Positions 17,932 to 28,242 of a stretch of 64,000 nucleotides of DNA are shown here, piece by piece. The DNA comes from a virus. Its lineage: Duplodnaviria > Caudoviricetes. The notes under the pieces were generated by a model, which had not been told where the DNA came from, searched no databases, and saw only the letters and a list, made by a program, of their open reading frames with translations. The DNA is taken from positions 32,001 to 96,000 of IMG/VR virus record IMGVR_UViG_2824317532_000001, one strand, 5' to 3'. The position numbers and the translations under genes were made by a program. Position 1 is the first letter of the stretch. Every line of letters starts with the position of its first letter.

Positions 17932-20900
17932 GTGATGACATCCCCGGATTCGGTGGGCGAAGTCAGCGTAGAGGTTGTCGCCGATGCAGCGACGCTGGCG
18001 AAGGATCTGAAAGACAAAGTCGAGAAGGGGTTCAAGGACCTCGACCCGGCTAAGGGGCTCAAAGCCAAGCTCAAGGGGTCGAAGCCGATCCCGCTGCCGG
18101 TCGTGCCGGAGCCGGTGACGAAGGATTTGCCGGCCGACACTGAGGAGGAGGCGAAGAAGACTCGCACCCCGCGGGTGCCGGTCGGCTTGGATCCGCTGCT
18201 TGAGGCGTTCCAGCAAGAAGTGCAGCGGCAGATCAAGTCGCTGGCACGCACGATCAACGCCGAAATCCCGGTCGGCGCCGACACCGACGGGTTGCGCCGT
18301 GAACTCGCCGCCGAGCTGGCTGCGGTGGCGCAGCAGGCCAAAGCGAAGATTCCGGTCGAGGTCGACGACCGGGCAAAACTGGAAACCGAACTGCGGGCGT
18401 CCGTTGCTGCCCTGTCGGAGCGGGTCAAGGCTTCTATCAAGGTTGATCCGGACACGACCGGGCTCGGTGAGAAGGTCGAGGCTGCCGCCGACCGGGCGGT
18501 TGGCCGCGCCAAAGTCCGAGTCCCGGTCGATGTGGATGTTGACAAGGGCGGAGCCCTGTCCAAAATCCGCAGCCTGTTCTCGGGACTCGGTGGTGGGCTG
18601 CTCAACGGCCTAGACGCGGCGATCACCCGCACCGCGTCCAGCGCGGCTCAGATGGGCGGGGCACTCGTCGGCGCCCTCAGCTCGTCAACGGGGCCGCTCG
18701 GCACCATCATCGGCCTGCTCGGTGGGGCTGTCGCGGCGATGGCTGCGCTGGCAGCAGCGGCGGTGGCGGCAGTGCCGGCTATCACGGCGGTGGCGGGTGC
18801 GGCGGCGGCGATCCCTGGCGCTCTCGCGGGTGCGGGTGCCGCATTTGGGGCGCTGGCACTCGGGTTCAAGGGCATCTCGGAGGCGTTCAAGCCGAGCGGG
18901 GGCGGTGGCGGGGGTGGTGGCGGGGCGGGCAACCAGGGCAAGCAGATCGCTGCGGCCGCGCGTCAGGTGGAGGCTGCCCGGCGTGGGATCGCCGCCGCGA
19001 ACCGGCAGGTAGAGGCGTCCGAGCGGGCTTTGGCTGCCGCACACCGGGGGGTGGAGGCGGCGGAGCTGCGGCTGGTGGAGGCGCAGCGGCGTGCTCTGTC
19101 GGCGCAGCAGGCGATCGCCCGTGCCCGCGAGGAGGCGGCCGAGTCGATTGACGACTTGAACCGCAGTCTTCGTGGGGCCCGCCTGTCGGAGGAGGATGCT
19201 GCCCTCGGTGTCGAAGAGGCGCTGCGGGCCCTCAACGAGGCCAAACTGTCGGGCAACATTCCCGACATCAAGCGGGCGGATCTCGCCTACAGGCAGGCGC
19301 TGCAAACCCTCGACGAGGCCAAGGACACCACCAGCGACCTATCGGCGGAGACCGAGGAAGCCAACCGCAAGGGTGTTGAGGGCTCCGACCAGGTTCAAGA
19401 CGCACTCCAGGAGCAGCGGGACGCTTTGCAGGGTGTCCGGGATGCGCAGATCGGCATCATCGAGGCCAACGACAGCCTCGCCTCCGCGCAGGACGGTGTC
19501 GCCGCCGCGATGGACGGCGTCAAGTCGGCGGCGGACGGGCTGACGTCGGCGCAGGAGTCCCTGGCGCAGGCACAGCAGGGTGTCGCGGCGGGGGGCGGCG
19601 GCGTCGCCCGCGAGATCACGAGGCTGGCGCCGGCGGCGGCGAAGTTCGTGCAGGCGGTCAAGGACCTGAAACCGGCGTTCGAGGACTTGCGCCTGGACGT
19701 GCAGGAACGCCTGTTCCGTGACTTGGACAAGACGGTCACCAATCTGGGGTCGGAGTGGATTCCGCGGCTACACAAGAACCTCGGCGACTATGCGACCACG
19801 TTCAACGGCTTCTTCAAGGATCTCGGCACGTCGCTGACAGACCGAGAGTTCATGAAGGACATCTCGATCGGGTTGGAGGGCTTCCGCGTCGGCATGGACG
19901 CCGTCTTCGACTCGGTGTCGCAGAAACTGGTGCCCGCGCTCGGTGACTTGGTCGAGGCGTCAGCGCCGTTCCTCGAGGCGCTCGGTGAGGGCATCGCCAC
20001 GGTGGTCACGAAGTTCAGTGACTGGGTGCAGGCTGGCGAGGATTCCGACGCGTTGAAGGACTTCTTCGAACGTGCCACCGTCGCACTCGGTGAGATCGGC
20101 CGGATCGGTGGCTCCGTAGTCCGCATCATCGGCGGCATCATCGAGACGATCACTGGGGCGCAGGCGACGGATTCGTCACAGTCGCCGCTGGAAGCGTTCC
20201 GGCGCGGCCTGGACCGGGTCGCGGACTGGCTGAACAACCCGACCAACCAGGAACAGATCCGCAACCTGATTCGCGACATCGCCAACGCGGCGGTCGAGTT
20301 CGGTGAGGCTGCGACCGCAATCAACGACTTCCTGAAGAGGATCGGCGTCGGAGGTTCGGAGAAGGGCGGCTCGGTCGGCGCCGACATCGGCCGGGCAATA
20401 TTCGCTGGTCTGCTCGCGGGTCTAGGGGCGGCGTTCGAGGCGAATCTGAAATTTTTGCTGTCGCCGTTCACCAACTTCATCGACGCGGTGAAGACCACGT
20501 TCGGGATCAAGTCGCCTAGCACGGTGTTCGCGGAGATCGGCAAGGATCTGGTTCGCGGTCTCCTCAACGGGATCGGCGCGATGGTGGAGTCGCTACGGCA
20601 AAAGGCAGTCGGACTCAAGACGACGATCGGTAATGCCCTGTCGGGCGCCGGCTCGTGGCTGGTCCAGACCGGAAAGAACGCCGTCTCCGGGCTAGGCTCC
20701 GGGCTCTCGTCGCTGGGAACGTGGCTGCGCGAGAAGGCCACCGGCTTGAAGACGACGGTGACGGGCGCACTGTCGAACTCGATCAACTGGCTTTCTTCGA
20801 CAGGAAAGAATGTCGTGTACGGCCTGTGGAACGGGATCTCCAGCCTCAGCACCTGGCTGTGGAACAAGGTCACCAGCTTTGCCCGCAACTACGTCACCAA

Positions 20901-21255
20901 CGCCGTCAACTCGGCACTCGGCATCGAATCGCCGTCGAAGGTGATGGCGCAGGCCGGCGCCTACACCGCCCAAGGTTTCGCCCTCGGCATGGAGGGTGAG
21001 GCCGGCCGGGTCGAGGCGGCCGCAGACCGGATCGCAGCGGCAGCGTTGCCGCAGGTTCAGGATGCGGCGCTCGGCCTCGGCTGGGAGGCGGACGCCACGA
21101 TCGCGCAGAGTCTGTCGGTCGCCGACCAGCAGCGCATGCTGCTGGGCTGGAAGACCGGCGCCACGGGAGACCAACTGCTGGATGCGGTGGCCCGGCTGAT
21201 CGACATCTCCTATCAGGGGGATGTCGAGGCGGCGTTCACCCGCACCCGCCGATAA
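17932..21255 (+). CDS. Tape measure protein
   Basis: 1107 aa, Ala/Gly-rich helical; GIKSPS and GIESPSKV motifs. Confidence 0.92.
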   Translation: MMTSPDSVGEVSVEVVADAATLAKDLKDKVEKGFKDLDPAKGLKAKLKGSKPIPLPVVPEPVTKDLPADTEEEAKKTRTPRVPVGLDPLLEAFQQEVQRQIKSLARTINAEIPVGADTDGLRRELAAELAAVAQQAKAKIPVEVDDRAKLETELRASVAALSERVKASIKVDPDTTGLGEKVEAAADRAVGRAKVRVPVDVDVDKGGALSKIRSLFSGLGGGLLNGLDAAITRTASSAAQMGGALVGALSSSTGPLGTIIGLLGGAVAAMAALAAAAVAAVPAITAVAGAAAAIPGALAGAGAAFGALALGFKGISEAFKPSGGGGGGGGGAGNQGKQIAAAARQVEAARRGIAAANRQVEASERALAAAHRGVEAAELRLVEAQRRALSAQQAIARAREEAAESIDDLNRSLRGARLSEEDAALGVEEALRALNEAKLSGNIPDIKRADLAYRQALQTLDEAKDTTSDLSAETEEANRKGVEGSDQVQDALQEQRDALQGVRDAQIGIIEANDSLASAQDGVAAAMDGVKSAADGLTSAQESLAQAQQGVAAGGGGVAREITRLAPAAAKFVQAVKDLKPAFEDLRLDVQERLFRDLDKTVTNLGSEWIPRLHKNLGDYATTFNGFFKDLGTSLTDREFMKDISIGLEGFRVGMDAVFDSVSQKLVPALGDLVEASAPFLEALGEGIATVVTKFSDWVQAGEDSDALKDFFERATVALGEIGRIGGSVVRIIGGIIETITGAQATDSSQSPLEAFRRGLDRVADWLNNPTNQEQIRNLIRDIANAAVEFGEAATAINDFLKRIGVGGSEKGGSVGADIGRAIFAGLLAGLGAAFEANLKFLLSPFTNFIDAVKTTFGIKSPSTVFAEIGKDLVRGLLNGIGAMVESLRQKAVGLKTTIGNALSGAGSWLVQTGKNAVSGLGSGLSSLGTWLREKATGLKTTVTGALSNSINWLSSTGKNVVYGLWNGISSLSTWLWNKVTSFARNYVTNAVNSALGIESPSKVMAQAGAYTAQGFALGMEGEAGRVEAAADRIAAAALPQVQDAALGLGWEADATIAQSLSVADQQRMLLGWKTGATGDQLLDAVARLIDISYQGDVEAAFTRTRR

Positions 21256-21258
21256 GAC

Positions 21259-21293
21259 GCCGGGCGGGCAAAGCGGCATGCCTCCCGCCCGGC
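21259..21293 (+). terminator. Hairpin after tape measure gene
   Basis: GCCGGGCGGG...CCCGCCCGGC. Confidence 0.45.
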
Positions 21294-21351
21294 ACTCGGA
21301 TCCTATCCACCACAGGCTCGGCTCCTGCCCGAGTTCACCCGGCAGGAGGTC

Positions 21352-23136
21352 ATGTTGGCGCGCACCATCTACGGCGGTTCCGTCGATGACGTGGTCATCA
21401 CCCCAGTCACGATCGGCACCACCCAGGTCGCCGGCCTGCCCGCCTCGCAGAACTTCGAAGTCTGGAACTACGCCAACACCGAGCAGCTCACCGACATCCA
21501 AGACGGATCCGGTGTCGCCCTGCCGTCAGGGATCGTCGTCTCCTCGAGCGCCGGCGTCATCCCTCAGTTCAAAGCCCCCGACGACTACACCGGACCGATC
21601 CGGCTCAAACACGTCACCTCCGGCTTGTCGTGGGTGATGCAGCCGTCCGACGGCACCAGCGGTGGCGGCGGGTCGAGCTTGCCGAACACGTTGGTCGTCG
21701 CCTCGGCCGACTCGGGGATCCTCGATGCCGACTGGGTGTGCGACGGCACCGCCGACGATGTCCAGCTTCAAGCAGCCGTCACCGCGACCGCACTCGGCGG
21801 CACCGTCCAGCTCACCTCCGGAACGTTCAACCTCGCTGACGTAGTCGACGTGTGGGGCGCCGACGACGCCGACGTCGAAGGTGAGATCTACATTCGCGGG
21901 GCTGGCCCGTCGAACACCACCCTGGTCGTCGGCTCAGGTGTGGCCAGCGCGTTCAACCTCAGCAAGGCAGTGCGGGTACACATCTCCGACCTGGGCATCG
22001 AGGTCGGCGGCAGCTCGTCCGGCATCGTCGCCACCTATTCGGCGACACCTGCCGCCCTGTACCGGTCGGCGTGGTTCTCGAGTTTTGAGCGGTTGCAGGT
22101 GAAAGGCCCGTGGGACGGTAGCCACTCCGGCTGGGCGATCGACCTCGGCAACGTGTTCCGTGCCCGGATGGCCAACATGGAGGTCGGCGGTACCGGCAAT
22201 GGCATCAGGTTGTTGAACCAGACGTCGGAGTTCAACAGCGGTGACATGACCATCGACCGGTGTTTCGTCGAGGTGGTCGGCACGAACGCGGTCGCGTATT
22301 CGTGTGATTCGGCGGCAGGCAACCTCAACCAGGTGACCTGGATAACCTGCCACTCTATTGCGAATCCGGCCAACACTGGCACGGTGGCATGGAAGTTCAC
22401 CGGGACTACCGGTTCGACTAGCCACATCCGGTTGATCAACTGCAATGTTGAGCAGTTCGCCACCACGGTCTCAGCGGATGCGAATGCCAACGACCTGGAG
22501 ATCGACCTCGTACACGTCACACTGCGCAACGGGTCCACCCTGTTCAACAGTGCGGGCTCGAACAGCGTCTTTCGTTGCGGCTTGGCGTACATCGAACCGT
22601 CGGCAACCGTGTCGATCCTCACCGACAGCAACGGCTACGACGCCAAGCCATCGGTGTACGACCGGATCAACATCTACGCCGACACCGGCGCGACCGCGAA
22701 CGCCACGCCGGGCAACACGGCCGTGCTGCAACGCATCGTTCTCGACGGCGACTCCGCCACCTACGCGTCCACGCTTCGACGGCCGCCGGCACGGCCCGCC
22801 CCAACCCGGGCGATCACACTGTCGGATGCGGCGACGATCGCCACCGACGCCAGTCTGGGGAACCTGTTCGACTGCACGATCGCCGGGAACCGCACGCTCG
22901 GCGCGCCCACCAACCCACTCGACGGGCAGACCGTGGTATGGCGGCTCACCGCGTCCGGTGGTGCCCGTACTCCTACTCTCGCCTCAGGCGCGGGCGGATT
23001 CGTCGTTGCGACGGGTAGCCCGGCAGTGACGGTGGCGGCGATCGCGTCCGGATCCACCGCGGAAATCGCGGCCACCTATTCTTCGGCAAATAGCAGATGG
23101 CGAGTGAGCCGGTATTCAATCTTCGCGGCTAGCTAG
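21352..23136 (+). CDS. Tailspike-like minor tail protein with parallel beta-helix
   Basis: ADWVCDGTADDVQLQAA..GGTVQLTSGTF..IYIRGAG; C-terminal NRTLGAPTNP domain. Confidence 0.75.
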   Translation: MLARTIYGGSVDDVVITPVTIGTTQVAGLPASQNFEVWNYANTEQLTDIQDGSGVALPSGIVVSSSAGVIPQFKAPDDYTGPIRLKHVTSGLSWVMQPSDGTSGGGGSSLPNTLVVASADSGILDADWVCDGTADDVQLQAAVTATALGGTVQLTSGTFNLADVVDVWGADDADVEGEIYIRGAGPSNTTLVVGSGVASAFNLSKAVRVHISDLGIEVGGSSSGIVATYSATPAALYRSAWFSSFERLQVKGPWDGSHSGWAIDLGNVFRARMANMEVGGTGNGIRLLNQTSEFNSGDMTIDRCFVEVVGTNAVAYSCDSAAGNLNQVTWITCHSIANPANTGTVAWKFTGTTGSTSHIRLINCNVEQFATTVSADANANDLEIDLVHVTLRNGSTLFNSAGSNSVFRCGLAYIEPSATVSILTDSNGYDAKPSVYDRINIYADTGATANATPGNTAVLQRIVLDGDSATYASTLRRPPARPAPTRAITLSDAATIATDASLGNLFDCTIAGNRTLGAPTNPLDGQTVVWRLTASGGARTPTLASGAGGFVVATGSPAVTVAAIASGSTAEIAATYSSANSRWRVSRYSIFAAS

Positions 23137-23254
23137 AGCAATTCACTCCTGCGTGCAAGGTATAGCGCGCAAAAATCGATAGAATGAGATGGCCCCGGCG
23201 CGACTGCAATCGCCCGGGACCTGACGGAATAGCCTATCTCGGAGGTATCCCGTA

Positions 23255-23860
23255 ATGGGAGATCGTACCTGTCCCGTCGAGACCGACGGCAAGGCATGCG
23301 GCAAACCGTCCGCGCCGAAGGATTCCCGCCTATGGTGCTCGATGCACCGCAACCGGTGGTACAGGCACGGCGACGTGCACTACCTCGGCAAGCACGGCCT
23401 CGCCAAGACGGCAACTCCGGAGCAGCGCTTCTGGGCGAAGGTGGACGCCGACGGTGACTGCTGGGTCTGGACGGGCGCGATTGGGACCCACGGTTACGGA
23501 ATGTTCCGGAACGAGCATGGCAAGGCGGTTACTGCGCATCGTTACTCGTACGAGTCTTTGATTGGTCCCATTCCAGACGGACTCACCATCGACCATCTGT
23601 GTCGCAACCGCCCATGCATCAATCCGGATCACCTGGAACCTGTGACGCAGGCTGAAAACAACCGCCGCGTCCCCGTTGAAGTGCGTCGCCTCAGCGCGCG
23701 GGTGCCGAGGCCGCCGCGTACGACTTGCAAACACGGGCATCCGTTGTCGGGCGAAAATCTCTACGTGTCTCCCGGTGGCCACCGGGCCTGCCGAACCTGC
23801 GCCAAACGACGCGTCCTGGAGTTCTGCGCCCGAAAGCGGAATCAAGCGCAAGCAGCCTAG
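23255..23860 (+). CDS. HNH endonuclease
   Basis: RFWAKVD..CWVWTG..AHRYSYE..IDHLCRNRPCINPDHLEPVT..EN; own TAGAAT -10 at ~23180. Confidence 0.92.
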   Translation: MGDRTCPVETDGKACGKPSAPKDSRLWCSMHRNRWYRHGDVHYLGKHGLAKTATPEQRFWAKVDADGDCWVWTGAIGTHGYGMFRNEHGKAVTAHRYSYESLIGPIPDGLTIDHLCRNRPCINPDHLEPVTQAENNRRVPVEVRRLSARVPRPPRTTCKHGHPLSGENLYVSPGGHRACRTCAKRRVLEFCARKRNQAQAA

Positions 23861-23902
23861 GCCCTTGTCGGCACTAGCGACTTCTCTGTCAGGGGGTGGC
23901 TA

Positions 23903-26797
23903 GTGCCGGTTCTGCTGCCTGGCCTGCTCACCTCCCCCAGCCCAGGTACCACCGGCCTGTTTCCGGAAGAGGACCTGGAACTCACCTGCGAAGCAGCCTG
24001 GGGTGCCGACCTCGATGCAGAGCCCGACTCGTGGGAGTGGACGGACTTGTCGGATCGGGTCATCGACTCTCCGATCAGCATCACCCGCGGTGTGCTGGTC
24101 GGCGGCCGCACGTCGCGGGGTACGTCGGGCACGGTTGCGCTGCTCAACGAAGACGGCTGGCTGTCGCTGCATCATCCGGGGAGCCCGTGGTGGCCGCACG
24201 TGGACGCCGGCACGCCGGTGCGGATCTCGGTGCGGACCCGCACCGTGCCGTATCTGACTGACACGTTCACGCGCACCGTGGCGTCCGGCTGGGGCACGGC
24301 AGAGGCTGTCAGCGGTGAGGGCGGCACGAGCTGGCTCAACACCAGCGGCCTGTCCGTCGACGGGACCGCGGCGCAGATCTCGTGCGCGGTGTCGAACACC
24401 GTCTACACGTCCCGCATCTTCAAGCCCCACCGGGATGTGGACGTCACCTACGACGTCGCCTCCTCGGTAGTCACCACCGGCGGACCGTTGGCCACCGGGC
24501 CGACACTGCGGGCCAGCACCTCCAACGCCGACCACAGTTGGCCGCTGCTGGAGTTTCAGCCCGACGCCTCTCTACGGTGGGCGCTGTGGAGACGGCTCAG
24601 CGGCTCCTACACGCAGCTCGAAACCGCCACCATTCCCGGCCTCACCTACACAGTCGGCACCGTCATCCGGGTCCGATTCCTACTGATCGGCGCCCGGCTG
24701 CGGGCAAAAGCGTGGCTGGCCGCCGGGATCGAGCCGGGCGAGTGGACTCTCGACTACACGTTCACCGACGCCGCGTTGATCGCCGGAGGAAACTACTTCG
24801 GCATCGCGGCCTGGCCGATCTCGACGCTGAGTAATCCGCTGCCGGTCTCCGTGTCGATCGACAACCTCACGATCACCCAGCCCCGCTATCCGCGGATCGA
24901 GGGCTACATCGCCGACATCAAGGCCTCCTACCAGCCGGTCGACGACGAAACCACCCACTCGATCGCCGTGATCGACATCGGTGGGGTCGGAACCCGCCTT
25001 GAACTGCGGGACTCCGACGCGTGGTCGCCGATGCGGCGTTCCATCCAGTGGGGTGACGCCGATCCGGTCGCCTACTGGCATTGTGAGGACGCCGACCGTG
25101 CCACCCAGGCCGCGTCGGGGATCACCGGCCAGCCGGCGTTGCAGGTGACCGGCCCGGTGGTGTTCTCGTTCGACACTGGCGAACCCGAAGACACCCTCAT
25201 CAGCCGCTACGGATCCAAGAATTTGTGTTCTGTTGCGGCGGGCGCCCGCTTGTCGACCGCGTTCACGCCCAGCTCGGTGCAGAACGAGTGGACGGTCGGG
25301 ATCACCGCGCAGGTGATCGCCGCGCTGGTGCCGGTGTCCGAGATTCGCATGCTGGAATGGTCGACGCTCGGCACCTTCACCCGCTGGGCGCTCGTGTCCA
25401 CGGCAACGGGTCATGAGGTACGCGCCTACAACGACGTCGCCGGGACGTCGACCACAGCGTGTTCGACAGTGAACTCGGTGAATGCGCTGTGCGGCTTCGA
25501 CGTTCAGGCGGTCCAGGCCGGCGCCAACATCGACGTCACCCTGCTCCTGGACACGGTTGTCTACGCCGCCGGCAGCGTCGCCGGCACACTCGGGGCGCCG
25601 CATGCGATCGAAGTCAACCCGGACCGGGCCAATACCACCGGCTCCACCAGCGCGTTCGGCATCAGGTGGCTGGCCGGGCATGTGGTCATCCACGACACGG
25701 CTACCGCCTCCTCGCTGCCGTACTACTACGACGACGATCTCACCTTGTACCGGGCCGATCAGGGCTGGTATCGGGAGCCCACCCATTTGCGGGCGGATCG
25801 GGTCTCCCGGGAGGGCCGGGTACCGTTCCGGCTGGTCGCGGAGCCGGACGAGGTGACCCGGCTCAACAGCCAGCAGGAGGGAACCACCCCGGACCTATTG
25901 GTTGCCGCGGTGGAGGCCGAGTCGGGTGGGCTGCTGTACGAGGCAGGGTTCGGCTACGAGATGCTGCCCCGTGTCGCCCGCTACAACCGGGCCGTCGATC
26001 TGACCATCGACCTGGCTACCTACCGGCGCACTGGTGGCACGGATCCGGCCGAGGTTCTGCAACCACAGCTGCGGTTGAAGGAGCCGACGATCTGGACTGT
26101 TCAGCGGACCGGCGGTTCCCAGGCCATGTGGGCGGCGGACGCCGAGTACCGGAAGCGGCGCGGCAATCTGGCTGCCTCCAAAACCCTGGACCTGTTGGAG
26201 GACGGGGATCTGCTCGGGCACGCCCAGTGGCGCATCCACCTGGTCGAGGATGCCCGGGGCGCTCACTACCCGGGCGCGTCGATTGATTTGACCGCGAACC
26301 CCGATTTGATCGACGACTGGCTGCTGTGCGCCCCCGGTGCCCGGGTGCAGCGCATCAACCAGCCGCTTACTGCCGGGCTCGGCACGGTCGATCAGGTTGC
26401 GGAGGGTCTCTCGGAGACGCTCGGCCGCCGTACGTGGGTGGCGTCGATCGAGGGCGCGCCGGCTGAGGTGTGGGATGTGGGCCTGTACGACGACGCGTGG
26501 CTGGCCGATTCGGTGTCCACCACTCTGGTTGCTGATCAGCCGGCGACGTCGGTGGGTGCGGTGGAGTCGTGGCAGATCTCCACGGCTCTGCTCGGGGACG
26601 TGTGGGAGACGGTCGACGTCGGCTACGTCTGGGAGTCGAACGGTGAAGAAGTCACGGTGACAGCGATGGGCGCGGTCACCGGGTCCGGCCCCTACCTGCA
26701 AACCGCCACCGTGGAACGCGGGGCAAACGGCATTGTGAAGGCACACCGCGCCGGTGACCTGATTCAGTTGGCGGACCCCGCCACCTACTCACTCTGA
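23903..26797 (+). CDS. Large minor tail protein
   Basis: AWGADL..WEWTDLS..ISITRG; PVAYWHCED; TVERGANGIVKAH. Confidence 0.82.
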   Translation: MPVLLPGLLTSPSPGTTGLFPEEDLELTCEAAWGADLDAEPDSWEWTDLSDRVIDSPISITRGVLVGGRTSRGTSGTVALLNEDGWLSLHHPGSPWWPHVDAGTPVRISVRTRTVPYLTDTFTRTVASGWGTAEAVSGEGGTSWLNTSGLSVDGTAAQISCAVSNTVYTSRIFKPHRDVDVTYDVASSVVTTGGPLATGPTLRASTSNADHSWPLLEFQPDASLRWALWRRLSGSYTQLETATIPGLTYTVGTVIRVRFLLIGARLRAKAWLAAGIEPGEWTLDYTFTDAALIAGGNYFGIAAWPISTLSNPLPVSVSIDNLTITQPRYPRIEGYIADIKASYQPVDDETTHSIAVIDIGGVGTRLELRDSDAWSPMRRSIQWGDADPVAYWHCEDADRATQAASGITGQPALQVTGPVVFSFDTGEPEDTLISRYGSKNLCSVAAGARLSTAFTPSSVQNEWTVGITAQVIAALVPVSEIRMLEWSTLGTFTRWALVSTATGHEVRAYNDVAGTSTTACSTVNSVNALCGFDVQAVQAGANIDVTLLLDTVVYAAGSVAGTLGAPHAIEVNPDRANTTGSTSAFGIRWLAGHVVIHDTATASSLPYYYDDDLTLYRADQGWYREPTHLRADRVSREGRVPFRLVAEPDEVTRLNSQQEGTTPDLLVAAVEAESGGLLYEAGFGYEMLPRVARYNRAVDLTIDLATYRRTGGTDPAEVLQPQLRLKEPTIWTVQRTGGSQAMWAADAEYRKRRGNLAASKTLDLLEDGDLLGHAQWRIHLVEDARGAHYPGASIDLTANPDLIDDWLLCAPGARVQRINQPLTAGLGTVDQVAEGLSETLGRRTWVASIEGAPAEVWDVGLYDDAWLADSVSTTLVADQPATSVGAVESWQISTALLGDVWETVDVGYVWESNGEEVTVTAMGAVTGSGPYLQTATVERGANGIVKAHRAGDLIQLADPATYSL

Positions 26798-26810
26798 CAG
26801 GGGGTGGCGG

Positions 26811-27230
26811 GTGGCTGTCGCCGGGAAACGCATCCCCGCCAGCGAGATCAACGGACTGTTGGCGGGCTGGCAGACGTACAGCCCGCTGCTGTACTCGGCC
26901 ATGAGCACGACCAAATCCTCGATCACCCGCACGGTATCCGCAGCCCAGTACGTGGTTCGCGCCGGGCTGGTGAACGTCATGGTCGACGTGCTGGCCGGCG
27001 CCACCAGCTCGGGCGGGTGCGGGCTGCAGCTGCCGGTGTCGGCGTTGGCGTCGACTCCGCCGCTGCTCGGGCAGGCGATCATCACTGGTTCGGGGGCGCC
27101 GACGACACCGTTGGCGGCGATGGTGGTGTCGACCCTCGACACGATCGTGATCATGTTGCCGTCCACGTCGTTCCAGGACATCACCAGCGGCCAAAGGCTT
27201 CGGGTCAACCTCACCTACCGCAGCGTCTAG
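26811..27230 (+). CDS. Small tail protein
   Basis: AGKRIPASEIN..WQTYSP; last gene before lysin. Confidence 0.65.
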   Translation: MAVAGKRIPASEINGLLAGWQTYSPLLYSAMSTTKSSITRTVSAAQYVVRAGLVNVMVDVLAGATSSGGCGLQLPVSALASTPPLLGQAIITGSGAPTTPLAAMVVSTLDTIVIMLPSTSFQDITSGQRLRVNLTYRSV

Positions 27231-27243
27231 GAAAGGGGCGGCC

Positions 27244-28206
27244 GTGACCGCAGCGAAACCCCATCACCTCACCGCCCGCCGGCTGCTGCTTGACCACCTC
27301 GACGTGCATCCTGGTAAGACGGTCGGTAACGACCTCGACCCGCTGGAGTTGGGTCTGGTCGGCGACACTGCCCACCAGGCGGGCGGCGACTCCTACCATC
27401 TGGGCAAGGACAAGATCCGGGCGCGGGCGGGCCGGGACCGGTATTCGGTCGACGAGTCCCCGCGCGATCAGCGCGGCTTGAGCGACTACGCGTCGGCGAT
27501 GGACATCGGCACCTTCAAGGTCACCACAGGGCGCGGCGTGTTCGACCTGTACGACTTCAACGCCTGGCTCATCGCCCTGTGCAAGGCCGGGGATCCGGAC
27601 ACCGCCGACCTGCGGGAAGTCATCTACAGCCCGGACGGCCGGACGGTGAAGCGCTGGGATCGGCTCGGCCGGCGTATGAGCGGCGACACCTCGCACCTGA
27701 CCCACACCCACCTGTCGGAGCACCGCGACGCCGACGGGCATCGCATGGTGCGGCTGGCCACCCGCTGGCTGCAGCACATCGGCAAAATCCCCGAGGAGGA
27801 CGACGTGACGAAGGCCGAGTTCCTGGCCCTGCTCAAGGACAAGGACGTTCGGGTGGCACTGGCCAGCGCACTGCTGACCGCTGACGGGCTCATCCCCGGC
27901 CCGCCCGGATCGGTGAATGCGGACGGCACCCCGAACACCCACTGGACGCTCGCCTCCTACGCCCAGTGGACCTACCGGCACGCCGATTCCGCACGGCTGC
28001 TCGCCGACACCGCCCTCAAGGCGATCACCGCGCTGGCGCAGCAGGACCACATCGACGAGCAGGCCCTCGCCGCGGCGATCGCCCCGCTCGTCGCGCAGGG
28101 CGTGGTGGCGGCGCTGCCCGCGGACCGCGACGACATCACCACGGCCGAACTCGAACAGGCGCTGGCAGGTGTGTTCGCCCGACTCGGCCAGCAGTCAGGC
28201 GCGTAG
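27244..28206 (+). CDS. Endolysin (putative Zn peptidase)
   Basis: GLVGDTAH..SYH, ASAMDIG, REVIYSPDG, SHLTHTHLS; position after tail genes. Confidence 0.7.
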   Translation: MTAAKPHHLTARRLLLDHLDVHPGKTVGNDLDPLELGLVGDTAHQAGGDSYHLGKDKIRARAGRDRYSVDESPRDQRGLSDYASAMDIGTFKVTTGRGVFDLYDFNAWLIALCKAGDPDTADLREVIYSPDGRTVKRWDRLGRRMSGDTSHLTHTHLSEHRDADGHRMVRLATRWLQHIGKIPEEDDVTKAEFLALLKDKDVRVALASALLTADGLIPGPPGSVNADGTPNTHWTLASYAQWTYRHADSARLLADTALKAITALAQQDHIDEQALAAAIAPLVAQGVVAALPADRDDITTAELEQALAGVFARLGQQSGA

Positions 28207-28242
28207 CCGCCTTCCCACCACAACTACATACGGGGAGCCGCC

